DNA from: Microbotryum violaceum
Lineage: Eukaryota
DNA length: 64,000 bases
Reading direction: 5' to 3'
Assembly: GCA_001244265.2 (NCBI GenBank)
Contig: CDLV01000014.1
Span: forward strand, 372,001-436,000
Shown: positions 13,301 through 24,566 of the stretch, in pieces
Position numbering within the stretch: position 1 is the first letter of the stretch
Layout: the number at the start of each line of letters is the position of its first letter
Translations under genes and position numbers: made by a program
Notes under the pieces: model-generated
The model's database searches: none
Seen by the model: the letters and a program-made list of their open reading frames with translations, nothing else
Told to the model about the DNA's origin: nothing

Positions 13301-14664
13301 ATGGAACACGCTTCCGGGTCGACACCTTTGACATTGAAGGAACGCATCAAGGCATTGCAAGATGCAGCCAATGCCGAAACATCGACTGCAGCAAGTTCCA
13401 CCCTTGGAGCTGCGGCCCCGCGCGCCCAGGCCAAACTAGGCACCACGTCATCGTCAACGACCAACAATACGGACCTCGCACCGAGTTCACTCGCTCCACC
13501 TGCCCGTAATGATGCGAGTACATCAACTCCGAAGCCTACCCGATCTCACGCCGTCTCGCTCGTCCAATCCGATCCGTTGGATGCGATCCCGTCAGGCTCG
13601 GCCCCGACTCGATCACCATCCAGACCGAACACCCCACTCGCTTCACCTTCACCCTCGTTGGGCGGTGGAAGAAGGGATGTCGACACTTCAACTCGCACAA
13701 GAGCCGAGACTATTCCCACGACTCGATGTGCGCCACCGCCACGCCCATTCTTGTCTTCGAGAGAGCGGTCGTCTTCTACAATTTTGTCAAGTACATCGAC
13801 GACGACCTCCCAGCCTGAACCAGGACGACCAGCTCAGTCCGCCACGGAAATCCCACCACGACCTTCACCATCCCAGACCTCGCATCTTCGTCCGACCATC
13901 ACCGATCCCCTCACCTCATCACCGACACCGAGATCAAACCCAACCGACTCACTCGAGCAACTCTCCACCTCCACCTTCCCTGGCACTTCATCTCAGACAC
14001 CTACTTCCCCAGGCGCTCCTCGACTCCCTCCGCGTCGAACCACCACCACTTCTTTTTTAACTTCAACGTTAGAGAACCGCCCAGTACCGCCCTTACCTCG
14101 ACCTCGCTCGAACGCATCTACACCTCGCTCGAGTGATCCGGTCCCCTCGGTCCCTGCGCGAAGAGAACCTCCTAAACCACCTCCCACCACCACAAGAAGT
14201 GCTACCAGCGTACGTTCTCAGTCCGATGCTTCACTGGCAACGCAGCGCTACGCAGCATTATTCGACCTCTTGATCCAACGTTTCGGCACCGTCGACATCC
14301 CGACCGCGGCGGCTCCTGGTAAAGGACCGAAATGGATCTCCAAGCAAAACAATGGCCTACCCATTCAAGGGGAAAGATTGGATGGGAAGGTTGTAAGAAG
14401 TGTTTGGCTCAAGAGTCGGTTGGAGGATAAAGTGATGGAAAGCATTTGGTGAGTTTATCTTTTTCAGAGTCAGGCGGGTCGAGTTTTCAGTGATCGCGCG
14501 CTGGTGGAGAGGGGCGGGAACTGATTCAATTGGATGGATCTGTTTTTTGGGTTAGGACTCGATGTGATCCGTCTTCTTCCGGGTCATTGAGCAAGGAAGA
14601 GTTCATCGAAGGCATGTTTGCGATCGATGAGGAATTAAGAGTCCGAGGCAGAGGGACTAGATAG
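13301..14664 (+). CDS. Pro/Ser/Thr-rich protein with a C-terminal EH domain (IRS4/TAX4-like)
   Basis: Spliced C-terminus VVRSVWLKSRLEDKVMESIW|TRCDPSSSGSLSKEEFIEGMFAIDEEL matches an EH/EF-hand fold; intron gtgagt...gttag; PxxP motifs upstream. Confidence 0.75.
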
Positions 14665-14897
14665 GCCAAAAACTTTGGTGGGCCGTAGTAGGTCGCATTG
14701 TTGTTGTTTCGTATATTTCAATAATAGCTATTGTATCATACACGAAAAGAAATTGTCGTTCGTAACTTGGTCTGTCTTGCAGCATCCGACCATCGATTCA
14801 CCGAATTCTGAAAACCGGTCAACTTGCGCTCGGGGCGACCTTCGCCCTCCTTCCATTCATGACCCAACATCCCCGCCGCACCCCCTGACTTCCGATT

Positions 14898-14933
14898 ACC
14901 CACGCGACCCACGCGACCCACGCGACCCACGCG
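14898..14933. repeat. Tandem repeat (ACCCACGCG)x4
   Basis: Four perfect 9-bp units directly visible, about 60 bp upstream of the ATG at 14994. Confidence 0.95.
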
Positions 14934-14993
14934 TTGGCGCCGCGCTTCCCTCGGCCGTGTACACCGCCATCACCATCAAGATCAAGACCGACT

Positions 14994-16265
14994 ATGCCGC
15001 CTACTCGAGCTCGATCCCAACCGTTACGAGGCACGACTGCTGCTACTGCATCAGCAGTGATTGCACCGGTTAGTGTTACCCAACCCGCCTCCACTTCGGG
15101 CATGGTTCACACCTCTCGAACAGCTCGAGGACGCAGGGTGGAGCAAGTGGAGGAGGTGAACGAGACGGCTGGTTTGAAGGTCACGAGTGGAAGAGGTAAG
15201 AAGAGGGCGAGGACGGTAGAGAGAGATGCTGAAGTGGTGGAAGAGGAGGTCGGCGTCCCGAAGCGCATGACCCGAGCCATGAGCGCCTCTCTCAACCTCA
15301 AACCCACCGCGCAAGAACCCACCACCACCCAACCCAAACCCCAGGCCTCGAAATCAACTACCCCACCCAACGCTCTCCAAATAATCGAACAACACCCTTC
15401 TGACCAACCGCCCGAATTCGAAGGTTCGGTCAGCGAACCACTCAATTCGGACGACGACCTCAACTCACCGAATACTATCATGAGCCGATTGTCCCCCACC
15501 AAGCAGGTGAAGAGGAACGTATCGCCTCGGAGGAAGAGGGAGATTGAGGAGGAGGTGGAAGTGGAGGTTGAGGTGAGCAGGTTTATGGCACCTGCTTCGT
15601 GGAAGAGCAAGATTGAGGAGACGCAGAGGAAGAAGGGTATGGGAAAGGAGAGGGAGGAGGAACCGAGACCTGCCCTTTCCCCTCCCCCTGTTGCACCTAC
15701 CCCTGTGGAGAGGAAAGGCAAGAGGACCAGGTCCAAGGGGAAACTTCCCGAACCTGTCGTGGAAGAGCCGGAGGAACAGGCCGCGTCCGAGGCAGAGGAA
15801 GAGGTCTCACCCCCTCCCCAAGAAGGGGAACATCCGCCTCAAGAACAAGACAATCCCGACGAAGAGGAGGAGGTCGATCAACTCCAAAGCTCCGACTCGG
15901 ATGGGGAGGGGCTCGTAATGCAACCCGAGTCGCCTAGGAAGAGGAAACCCAGGACCAAGACTTATGGCAAGAAGAGAACAAGGCTCGTGGAAAAGGCACA
16001 GGAGAAGACGGTGGCGAAGAAAAGGACTCCGATGAAGGCCAAGACACGGACGCAGACCAAGTCCCCGGCGAAAACCCGGACACCGACCAAGGCGAAGAGC
16101 CCGTCGAAGGCAAAGAGTTCTGCCAAAGCCACGACGTCGACCCAGGCCAGCTCCTCGACCCGAACGAAAGTGCCTCGTGCCAGCGCGCGAAAGCAACCCG
16201 CTCGATCCAGCCAGGCCAGACCCGTCGTGGAAGAAGCCGTACCCCCCGACAACACCGACGATGAT

Positions 16266-16343
<78 letters not shown>

Positions 16344-18206
16344 AATGACGACGTCGAATACGACGATTCCGAATCCCTCGAGATCGACCGAACCGACGAT
16401 CCTAAACGACCTTACTCTTTCATGCATGTCGTCCCTCAAACTCGAAGACGTAAGGAACCGGATTGGGAACCGGATTGTATTTGGTTGTATCCCAAAAACT
16501 GGGAACCAGGGAGGTTGGAGAGGACGAAGCAAAAGATTGAGGTGGGTCCTTTATTCGCATGCCTAGTTCGGTTTTGGCTTCGCTAAAAGGGTTTGACTGG
16601 CACTGGGTCCGGGAACTTTAATCCCACAGGAGAATGGAGGCAAAGTCGTCGAGGATCTAGGGGAAGCGACGATCGCGCTCTTCCCTCCTGTCGAACCTCT
16701 TAGGTATAACAAAGCTGTACTTGAGGCTCTTGGAAAACGTACGTGCAAACATCTCAGCACTTTGCAGGCACGTCATCTGGGAGCTTACCGGACCCCTTCC
16801 CGTCTGTCCTCAGACGTGATCCCCCTCCGTTCCTGCTGGGTAACAGACAGTCTTAAACTGTCCCGTCGCCACGACGTAGCCTATCGCTGTTCCCTCGCCG
16901 ACAAACAAGGCTGGTTGATACGTCCCCTCCCTCCACAAAAAGCGCGTACAATCCTCCAGAAAATCGATTCGAATTCCCCGCTGAGGAGGAGGACAGAATT
17001 TACAAGGGAAGAGGTGGAGGCTTTTGCGAGGTTTAGGAGTCGGTTCGGCAAGCTGGAGAAGTATAAGCAGGGGGCGAGTGACTCGGTCATGATCAGGAGC
17101 TTCATGGACAAGGTTAGTAGTGGGTCCGGGAAGGGTGGGCTTCCCAAAGGAAGAAGTGGAAACCGATTGAATATTTTTTCTGTTCTGGCGTGTCGCAGCA
17201 TCGGACACCTCACACTTTCGAATCATGGAAAAACTATTATAAGGCCGTCAACAATCGAGAACGAGTCGATCGGCTGGCTGCGCAGATTCGAGAGCAAGAG
17301 AGGGAAGGGAGCAGAGCGGGGAAGAGGAAGGAGAGGGGTGAAAGGAGGGGGAGTTTGACGGGATGGCTTGAGGCTGAGAAGGGGGAGACGGGGCAGGGCG
17401 AGCAAGAAGAGGAGGAGGAAGAGAATGAGATCGTAAAGGACAATGAAGAGGGGGAGAATCAGCCTGCGGAGGAGTATCTCGTACGGCAAGAGAGGGGGGA
17501 GGAATCGGATCCTGAACATTCGCCAAAGAAGAGGAGGAAGACGAACGAACCTACCGCGCCTATGGCGTCCCCGTCGAAAGATCGATCGCCGACTAAGAAT
17601 ACCTCGCCATCGAAGTTGCGATCGTCTCCGAGGAAGGGTTTGCAGACGACCCCGCTAAGGACGACGCCAAGGGACAAAGGACAAACGCAGGCGAGTCAAG
17701 GACGCAAGTCCCAAGCTGCTCCGCCTTCGAGCAGACGATCACGAGCGCCCGTGCGTACTCGCATCGTCGATTACACCAGCTCGGAGGAAGAAATGGAGGA
17801 GGAGCTCCCCGTTGCCAGTTCACCCAAGAAGCCCACATCTTCGAGCCCCGAGCGACCACCTCCACAAAGCTCCCAATTCATCCCCGCAGCGTTCGCCTCC
17901 CGCGCAAAGAAATTCAACGTCCCTCTCTCCACCGTCGAAGCCTTCTGGTTCTCCTGCACTGCCGACTGGTACCTCGTAGATCGCTTAATACCCCGCTACG
18001 TGGGTCGTTCCCCCAGCTGTACCGTATTCAACCCCAATTCAAGCGGGTTCGAAAGCAATCTCTGGAGGAGAAGCCAGGACGTTGCGTTGGAAAAAGGGCT
18101 GTCCTTAGGAACCGATAAAACAGAGAAGGAGTGTATGACGAGGAGACAATTTTTGAAGGAGTTGGAGAGGTATAGAGGGTTGTTCAAGTACTTTGATGAG
18201 ATTTGA
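14994..18206 (+). CDS. RAP1: Rap1/TERF2IP-like telomere protein (BRCT + Myb + RCT-like C-terminus)
   Basis: BRCT-like KIE|ENGGKVV...WVTDSL; Myb-like RRRTEFTREEVEAF...HTFESWKNYY; C-terminal LWRRSQDVAL...RRQFL resembling the Rap1 RCT; long basic/acidic disordered regions. Confidence 0.65.
16258..16352 (+). repeat. (GATGAC)n microsatellite encoding a poly-Asp tract
   Basis: About 30 consecutive Asp codons, mostly alternating GAT/GAC, inside the Rap1-like ORF. Confidence 0.95.
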
Positions 18207-18576
18207 CGGCTTTGTTCTGTTTTGGGACGTGTGCGCTTTTCGGACAGTTTTTGGTGGAATCAGGGTTGAGCGCAAATTTTGAGGGTATGCATATTTTGAT
18301 AATTGCAGATAAAGTGACTATGCCAGCAGTGAAGAGAATGGGAGAGTTGAGCGCCCAAAAGAGGGAGGATGGAGGGGGGGAGGGAGGTGAGCTAAAATCT
18401 TTTTCAGCTCTTGAATCAATTCTAGGGAGAAGAGAGACGCTCGATCGGGGGAGGTGCTGGTACAGCTTTTGTGTGGAGGGGGAAACAACATGGTTGAGAG
18501 ATGAGGGTTCCCTTTTTCGGTTTGGGAAAAGTCTAAGGAAGCCGAGACAGAACTGAGGGTGGGTGGACAAGCGGCT

Positions 18577-21500
18577 TTACGAAAGACCGATGATCTCGCC
18601 ATCGTCCAAGAGTTGATGGTCGAAGAAGCCCGGTCGAGTCGACAACCCGGGCATGGTCTGCATCGTTCCGACGAGGGGGTAAATGAAGCCCGCACCAGCG
18701 GACATCTTGACGTGCGAGATGGGCAACGTAAAGCCCGTTGGTGCACCCTTCATCTTGGGGTCGTGCGAAAGGGACAAGTGCGTCTTGGCCATGCAGATCG
18801 GCAAGTCGGAGAACCCTTGCTTGGTGTAAGAAGCGATTTGCGCCTCGGCTTCTTCGGTGTAGGAAACGTCGGCGGCGCCGTACATCTCTTTGGCGATCGT
18901 AGCGATCTTATCCTTGATCGAAATGTCGAGAGGGTACAAGAACTTGAACGGGTTAGGCTCCTCGCACGCCGTGATGACGGCTTGACCCAACTCCAAAGCA
19001 CCCTTTCCGCCTTCAGCCCACAAAGTGCAAGGCACGGCGGCATCCGCGCCGGCTTGAAGCGCCATCTTGGCCACCAAAGCCGTCTCGGCATCGGTATCGT
19101 TCGTGAAGCGGTTGACGGCGACGATGACCTTGACGCCCATCTTGCGAGCGTTCTCAATATGTTTGGCCAAGTTGGTGCAGCCCTTCTCGAGGATCTCGAG
19201 GTTCTCGTTGAGGTAGACCTCGGGCAACGGCTTGCCGGGGGTGACGTCGGGTCCTCCACCGTGCATCTTGAGCGCTCGGATCGTCGCGACGAGCACAACG
19301 GCGTTGGGGGTCAATCCGGAGATGCGGCACTTGATGTTGCAGAATTTTTCCATACCGATATCCGCACCAAAACCGGCCTCGGTGATGACGTAACCGTTCT
19401 TGTCCTCGGTCTCGCCCTCCTCCGTACCGGCGAGCTTGAGCGCGATCTTGTCAGCCAGGATCGACGAGTTGCCGTGGGCGATGTTGGCGAACGGTCCGGC
19501 GTGTACAAAGACGGGCGTGCCTTCGAGCGTTTGCATCAAGTTGGGCTTGATCGCATCCTTCATCAAGATAGCGAGCGAACCGGTTGCACCAATGTCGTCA
19601 CACGTGATGGGGTCACCCTTCCTCGATTCACCAATGACCATCTTGCCCAAGCGATCGCGCATGTCGGGCAAGTCGTTCGAGAGAGCCAACACGGCCATGC
19701 ACTCGGAAGCGACGGCGATGTCGAAGCCGGTGTCGAGCGTCTTGCCGCTCTCGGTCGTGGCCAAACCGGTCGTGATCTTGCGCAAGTAACGGTCGTTGGT
19801 GTCTACGACGCGGTGCCACGTGATCTTCTCGGGGTCAATATCGAGACGAGCGAAGCGTGAAATCTCCTCCTCGGTCAAGTCATCGGGGTTGGTCTTGTCG
19901 ATGCCTAGCTTTTGCAAGCGCTTAAACATGATGGGCGCAAATGTCCTGACACCTTTCTTGGGGGGGCACAAGCGGTTGAACAAGGCCTTGTCGGTCTGAG
20001 TCGACTCGTGGAAGTAGCGCGCCGAGATGGCCGCGGCGAGCAAGTTATTCGCCGCCGTGGTCGCGTGGATGTCACCGGTCAAGTGCAAGTTGAACTCGTC
20101 CATGGGGATGACCTGCGAGTATCCACCACCGGCGGCACCGCCCTTGATACCGAACGTCGGGCCCTGCGAGGGTTGACGAACGCAAGCGAAAGCGGTCTTG
20201 CCGAGGTGGGCACCGAGGGCCTGCGCAAGACCGATCGTCGTTGTCGACTTGCCCTCCCCGAGAGGAGTCGGCGTGATACCGGCGACGACGATGTATTTGC
20301 CGTTGCGGCGGTGCTTGAGCGAGTCAAGGATCTCGAGCTTGACCTTGGCCTTGTACTTGCCGTACATCTCGAGGTCGTGGTTGGGGATACCGATCTCGCT
20401 GGCCAGCACATCAATAGGCTTGGGGGTCTGGGCCTTGGCGATGGCGATGTCAGAGGGGACGTCTTTCTTAAGCACGAGCTTCAAGGGCTTGACGACGCGC
20501 TTTTGCGATTTCTCGAGGAAGCGTTGCGCCGCGATGAGCGTATTCTCCATCAGCTTGGCGACGGTCATGGGACCGACGCCTCCGGGGACGGGGGTGATGT
20601 GCGAAGCGACACCGACGGCCGAGTCGTAATCGACGTCACCGACGAGGCGGGATCCGGATTTTTTGGTCGAGTCGGGGATGAAGTTGGTGCCGACATCGAT
20701 GACGACGGCACCAGACTTGAGCCAGTCACCCTTGACAAACTGGGGTTGACCGATCGCAGCGACGACAATGTCGGCTTGCTTGATCTGTGCATCGGCTCCA
20801 GGTGCGCGAGATTAATAACCGGTAGGGTCTCGTCCGCGTCCCGTCCCGACGGCTACGGGCCGGGACATTCTCCCCGGCAGTGTAATGACTCACGATCTGC
20901 TCCAAGTTCTTGGTACGAGAGTGGCATTGGGTGACGGTCGCGTCCTGACGACGCAAGAGAGCGCAGACGGGGGAACCGACAATGTCACTGCGGCCAAGGA
21001 CGACGGCGTGCTTGCCGCTGATCTCGACGCCGGCTTCCTTGAGCAGGTGCATGACACCACTCGGGGTGCACGGCGAGAAGAGCGGATCCGACGCACGGGA
21101 CGAGAGCAAGCCGATGTTGTAGGCGTGGAAGCTGGGCGCGTGAAATGTGGCACGTGTGAGCTCTTCAGAGCCAAGGCAGATATTTATGCTTCGAGCACCA
21201 CGTGATGGACTAACCCATCGACGTCCTTCTCGGGGCTAACGGCCTCGGTAATCCTCCTCTCTCCGTCCCTGCCGACCTGCTCGCTAAGAGGAAGTTGAAC
21301 CAAAAGACCGTGAACCGAGTCGTCGTCGTTGAGACGCTGCACCTCGGCCATGACCTCATCCTCGGAAGCGGCCTGGTCGACGAGCACGAGCGTGCACTTG
21401 ATGCCGGCCTGTTCGGCAGCCTTGAGCTTCATCTTGACGTAGGTCGACGAGTCGGAGCGCGACCCTTGTTGGATGATGGCAAGGTGCGGGGTGAAGCGAG

Positions 21501-22044
21501 GGAACTGCCGCTGGATCGACGAGATGCGTTGCGAGATGTCGGCCCGGAGCGAGCTGCGACAGGAAAAGGAGGTGATGCTCAGCAGGGCGGTAGGATGCGG
21601 GGCGAAGCGGGAGTGCGATCAAGCCAGCGGCTGTCCTGAGGGCGGAGTGACGGTGCAGGAGACTCGGGGAGGAACGGGAGGAACGGGAGGAACGGGAGGA
21701 ACGGGAGGAACGGGAGGAACGGGAGGAACGGGAGGAACGGGAGGAACTCACGTGGCTACGGCTGTGCCATCGATGACTTGAGCCTGCGACGACATGGCGC
21801 TGCGACTCGTAGAAAAGGAGCGGGCAGAAGTGCAAGAGGCGAGAGCGGAGGCGCGGCGATGGTTGGGCGCGTCGACGGGTGAGATCGCCGTGGTCAGAGC
21901 ACGGGCACAGTTATGGCTAGTTGCGAAAGACGGCGGCGCCGAGCTCGCGACGAGAGCGGCGGTGAAGGCGGGGTGAAGGGCGGACCGGCGCACTCGAACG
22001 TAGGACGATAAAGAGCTGGTGGATCGACGACCGAGTCGGAGCAT
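18577..22044 (-). CDS. ADE3: Trifunctional C1-tetrahydrofolate synthase; upstream ATG 22044 (mitochondrial form), downstream ATG 21795 (cytosolic form)
   Basis: [117 protein letters not shown]. Confidence 0.96.
21667..21747. repeat. Minisatellite (GGGAGGAAC)x9 in the C1-THF synthase intron following [14 protein letters not shown]
   Basis: Nine perfect 9-bp units; on the minus strand they begin within the gtgagt donor of the intron. Confidence 0.95.
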
Positions 22045-22427
22045 ACCAAACGGGGCCCGGGGGGGTGGGGGTTGAGCGAGCGACCGAGCAAGAGCCGGAG
22101 GGGACACGAGTTGAGGGGAGGGAGCGAGTTGTTAAAAAGCGGCTGCTTAAAGTCGCTTATTATAAGTCTGCGTAATTTGTCGATCACGCCAAGCTTCAAC
22201 TCGTCCGACACTGCAGGCTGAGCGCGCGCGACGACTTCGCAATCGAATCGATCGGCGCTCTCCTCGCCTCGCCTCCCGAGCGCGCTCAGCAGCACGGAGC
22301 GACGTCCTACCCTTTGCGCAACTTGGGCCAACATCATTGCATGAGCTTTAGTCAGCGTCGAATAACTCGGCAGCTTGGACACTTGACCCCTCTGACTCGC
22401 CGCACCACCACTTTGAGCCCCCCCGGC

Positions 22428-24013
22428 ATGGCCTCATCCATCGTCGCGAGCTCATCCAACTCGATCGCCTCGTCCTCCGCGAGCAGGAAGGAGCAACCAC
22501 CGCGAGTCCGGCGCATAGGACCACAACTCCTGGCCGATGAACTGGTCGCAGAAGAACTTATCGCGGGAGCCCCGACCGTCAAAGGAGGCAGGGAACTCAC
22601 AACCGACCGGTCAGCTGCGAATTAGCCACGTTCAGAAGTGAGACCCAGATGCTGACCGATGCGTTCATCTACCACTACATCATGTAGAGACCCCTGGACA
22701 CACAACGCTTGGTATGTCCTGAATATATCGAACATGCCTACCTGCTCGTACCAGCTCAACCACTTCCCCTTCATCAGGGACAAGATTCCATGGGACCGGG
22801 AACAGCAAGAACAGGCACAAGCAGCGATAGAACGACAAAAGTTCGATGCCGTACCTGTTGAACTTCAGGAGCAGTACAATGCCGACCCGGCGGCTTACTG
22901 GGACGGCTTTTACAAGAACGTCAAAGGTGGGGGGGGGGGGGGCTCCACGAGCAATTCGGGACCCTCAAGGAACTGACTCTGATCACTTTGCGCGCACCTC
23001 GCAGACAACTTCTTCAGTGACCGTGCTTGGTTGAGAAACGAGTTCCCTGAATTGTCCGACGCCATCAGAGCCGATGTGAGCTTGACTCCTCTTGGGCTCA
23101 GTTCACGGCGACCGACGAACTGACGATCCGAGGCACTTCTTAGGCCGGACCTAGAACGATCGTCGAGATTGGGTGTGGACCCGGCAATACCTTGTTTCCG
23201 CTTTATTCGTTCAACGAGAACCCGCAACTGAGTTTACACGGCTACGACTTTTCCAAACAAGCCGTCGATCTGGTCCTGGTACGTTCAGTCGATGCCCCTT
23301 CTCACTTTATCTGCAGACCCCATCCTAATCTTCTTCCTCGAACTTTCCAGGCGAATCCATCCTTCAACCCTCAACATCTAACCTCAGCCGTATGGGACCT
23401 CGCATCGCCCCTGGGTCTGCCCCTGACCCTAACCGCCGGAAGCGTCGACATCGCCATCCTGATATTCTGTTTCTCCGCTCTGCAACCCCTCGAATGGGCT
23501 CAAGCCTTCTCGAACCTATTCACAATGCTCAAACCCGGTGGATTGATCTTGTTTCGCGATTACGGTAGGAATGATATGGCGCAACTGAGGTTCAAGAAAG
23601 GGAGATTGATGGATGACTTTGGAGGGTTGTACGTCCGGGGTGATGGGACTAGGGTTTATTTCTTTGAGAGGGACGAGTTGTTGGCTATCTTTGGGGGCCT
23701 GAAGGGAAGGGAGACGGCGGCTACGATGACCGAGGTGAAGGCGGAGGAGGAACAAGAAGCAAATGGAGGCGAGGCAAAGGAGGAGGAGCCAAAAGCAAAT
23801 GGAAGCGAGGCGATGCCCTCTGAGGCAATGGCCTTGAACCCGAACCCTATCATGGCACCTGAAGCGATCGCGATGCGCACCATGGACAAACGCTTCGAAC
23901 TGTTGCAGTTGGGCGTCGATCGGAGGCTGTTGTTGAACAGGAAGAAGATGATCAAGATGTATAGGGTATGGTTGCAAGGGAGGTGGAGGAAACCTTTGGA
24001 GAATGAGGAATGA
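22428..24013 (+). CDS. TRM140: tRNA 3-methylcytidine methyltransferase (Trm140/METTL2/6 family)
   Basis: HNAWD, YWDGFYKN...NFFSDRAWL, IVEIGCGPGNTLFPL, FRDYGRNDMAQLRFK, YVRGDGTRVYFF, MYRVWLQ; multiple introns. Confidence 0.9.
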
Positions 24014-24566
24014 AGGCGAAGGGGTCTATGAATTTGGACGGGTATGTTGTATGAATAAATTTCATGGGAACGATAGCGACAATGTTGCCGATATATCAGG
24101 AGAGAGTAGGTACGGGTACGGAAGAGAGGAAGATGTTGTTGGAGAGAAGAGTGGGGAACCGCTTGAACGTGTTCTTCCGACTTGGCATTCCGCGGTGACA
24201 AACGGACGTAAAGCGAGGACCCTCGTCGATCGGGCCGGCCCCCGGGGGAGGACTGAGCGCACTGCCAAGACCTCTTATGCTGCAGCAGCACGAACGGTGT
24301 TTGCGGAGGATCCGAGGGACTCGGGGTGCGTGCTCCTTCCATATCTATCGTGGTGCAATAGGCTGCGTTGTAGATGTCATATAGGTATAACTAGGTACAA
24401 CAACTACTACATAATTGTGAAAAAGGCGGGGCGATGTAACGTGAGAGGCCCCGCCAAACCGAAAGGTCGTTAAAGCACAGTCAAGGTATAAATTAGGGGC
24501 GATACGTCGTAACAAAACTCTTCAAACGCCGAGGCGCAGGCTCGAGGCGTAAAGCTGTGCAACTCC

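Noticed and set aside
15807-16566. Poly-VI, poly-MT and poly-S ORFs
   Set aside because: Alternative frames of the (GATGAC)n poly-Asp repeat
18565-18579. SRL codons right after the C1-THF synthase stop (cryptic PTS1 by readthrough)
   Set aside because: Stop is TAA in a non-leaky context, and SRL is not followed by a stop
18559-20934. 433-aa and 340-aa plus-strand ORFs
   Set aside because: Antisense shadows of C1-THF synthase
21667-21747. CRISPR-like or telomeric array
   Set aside because: No spacers and not TTAGGG-like; simple tandem repeat in a eukaryotic intron
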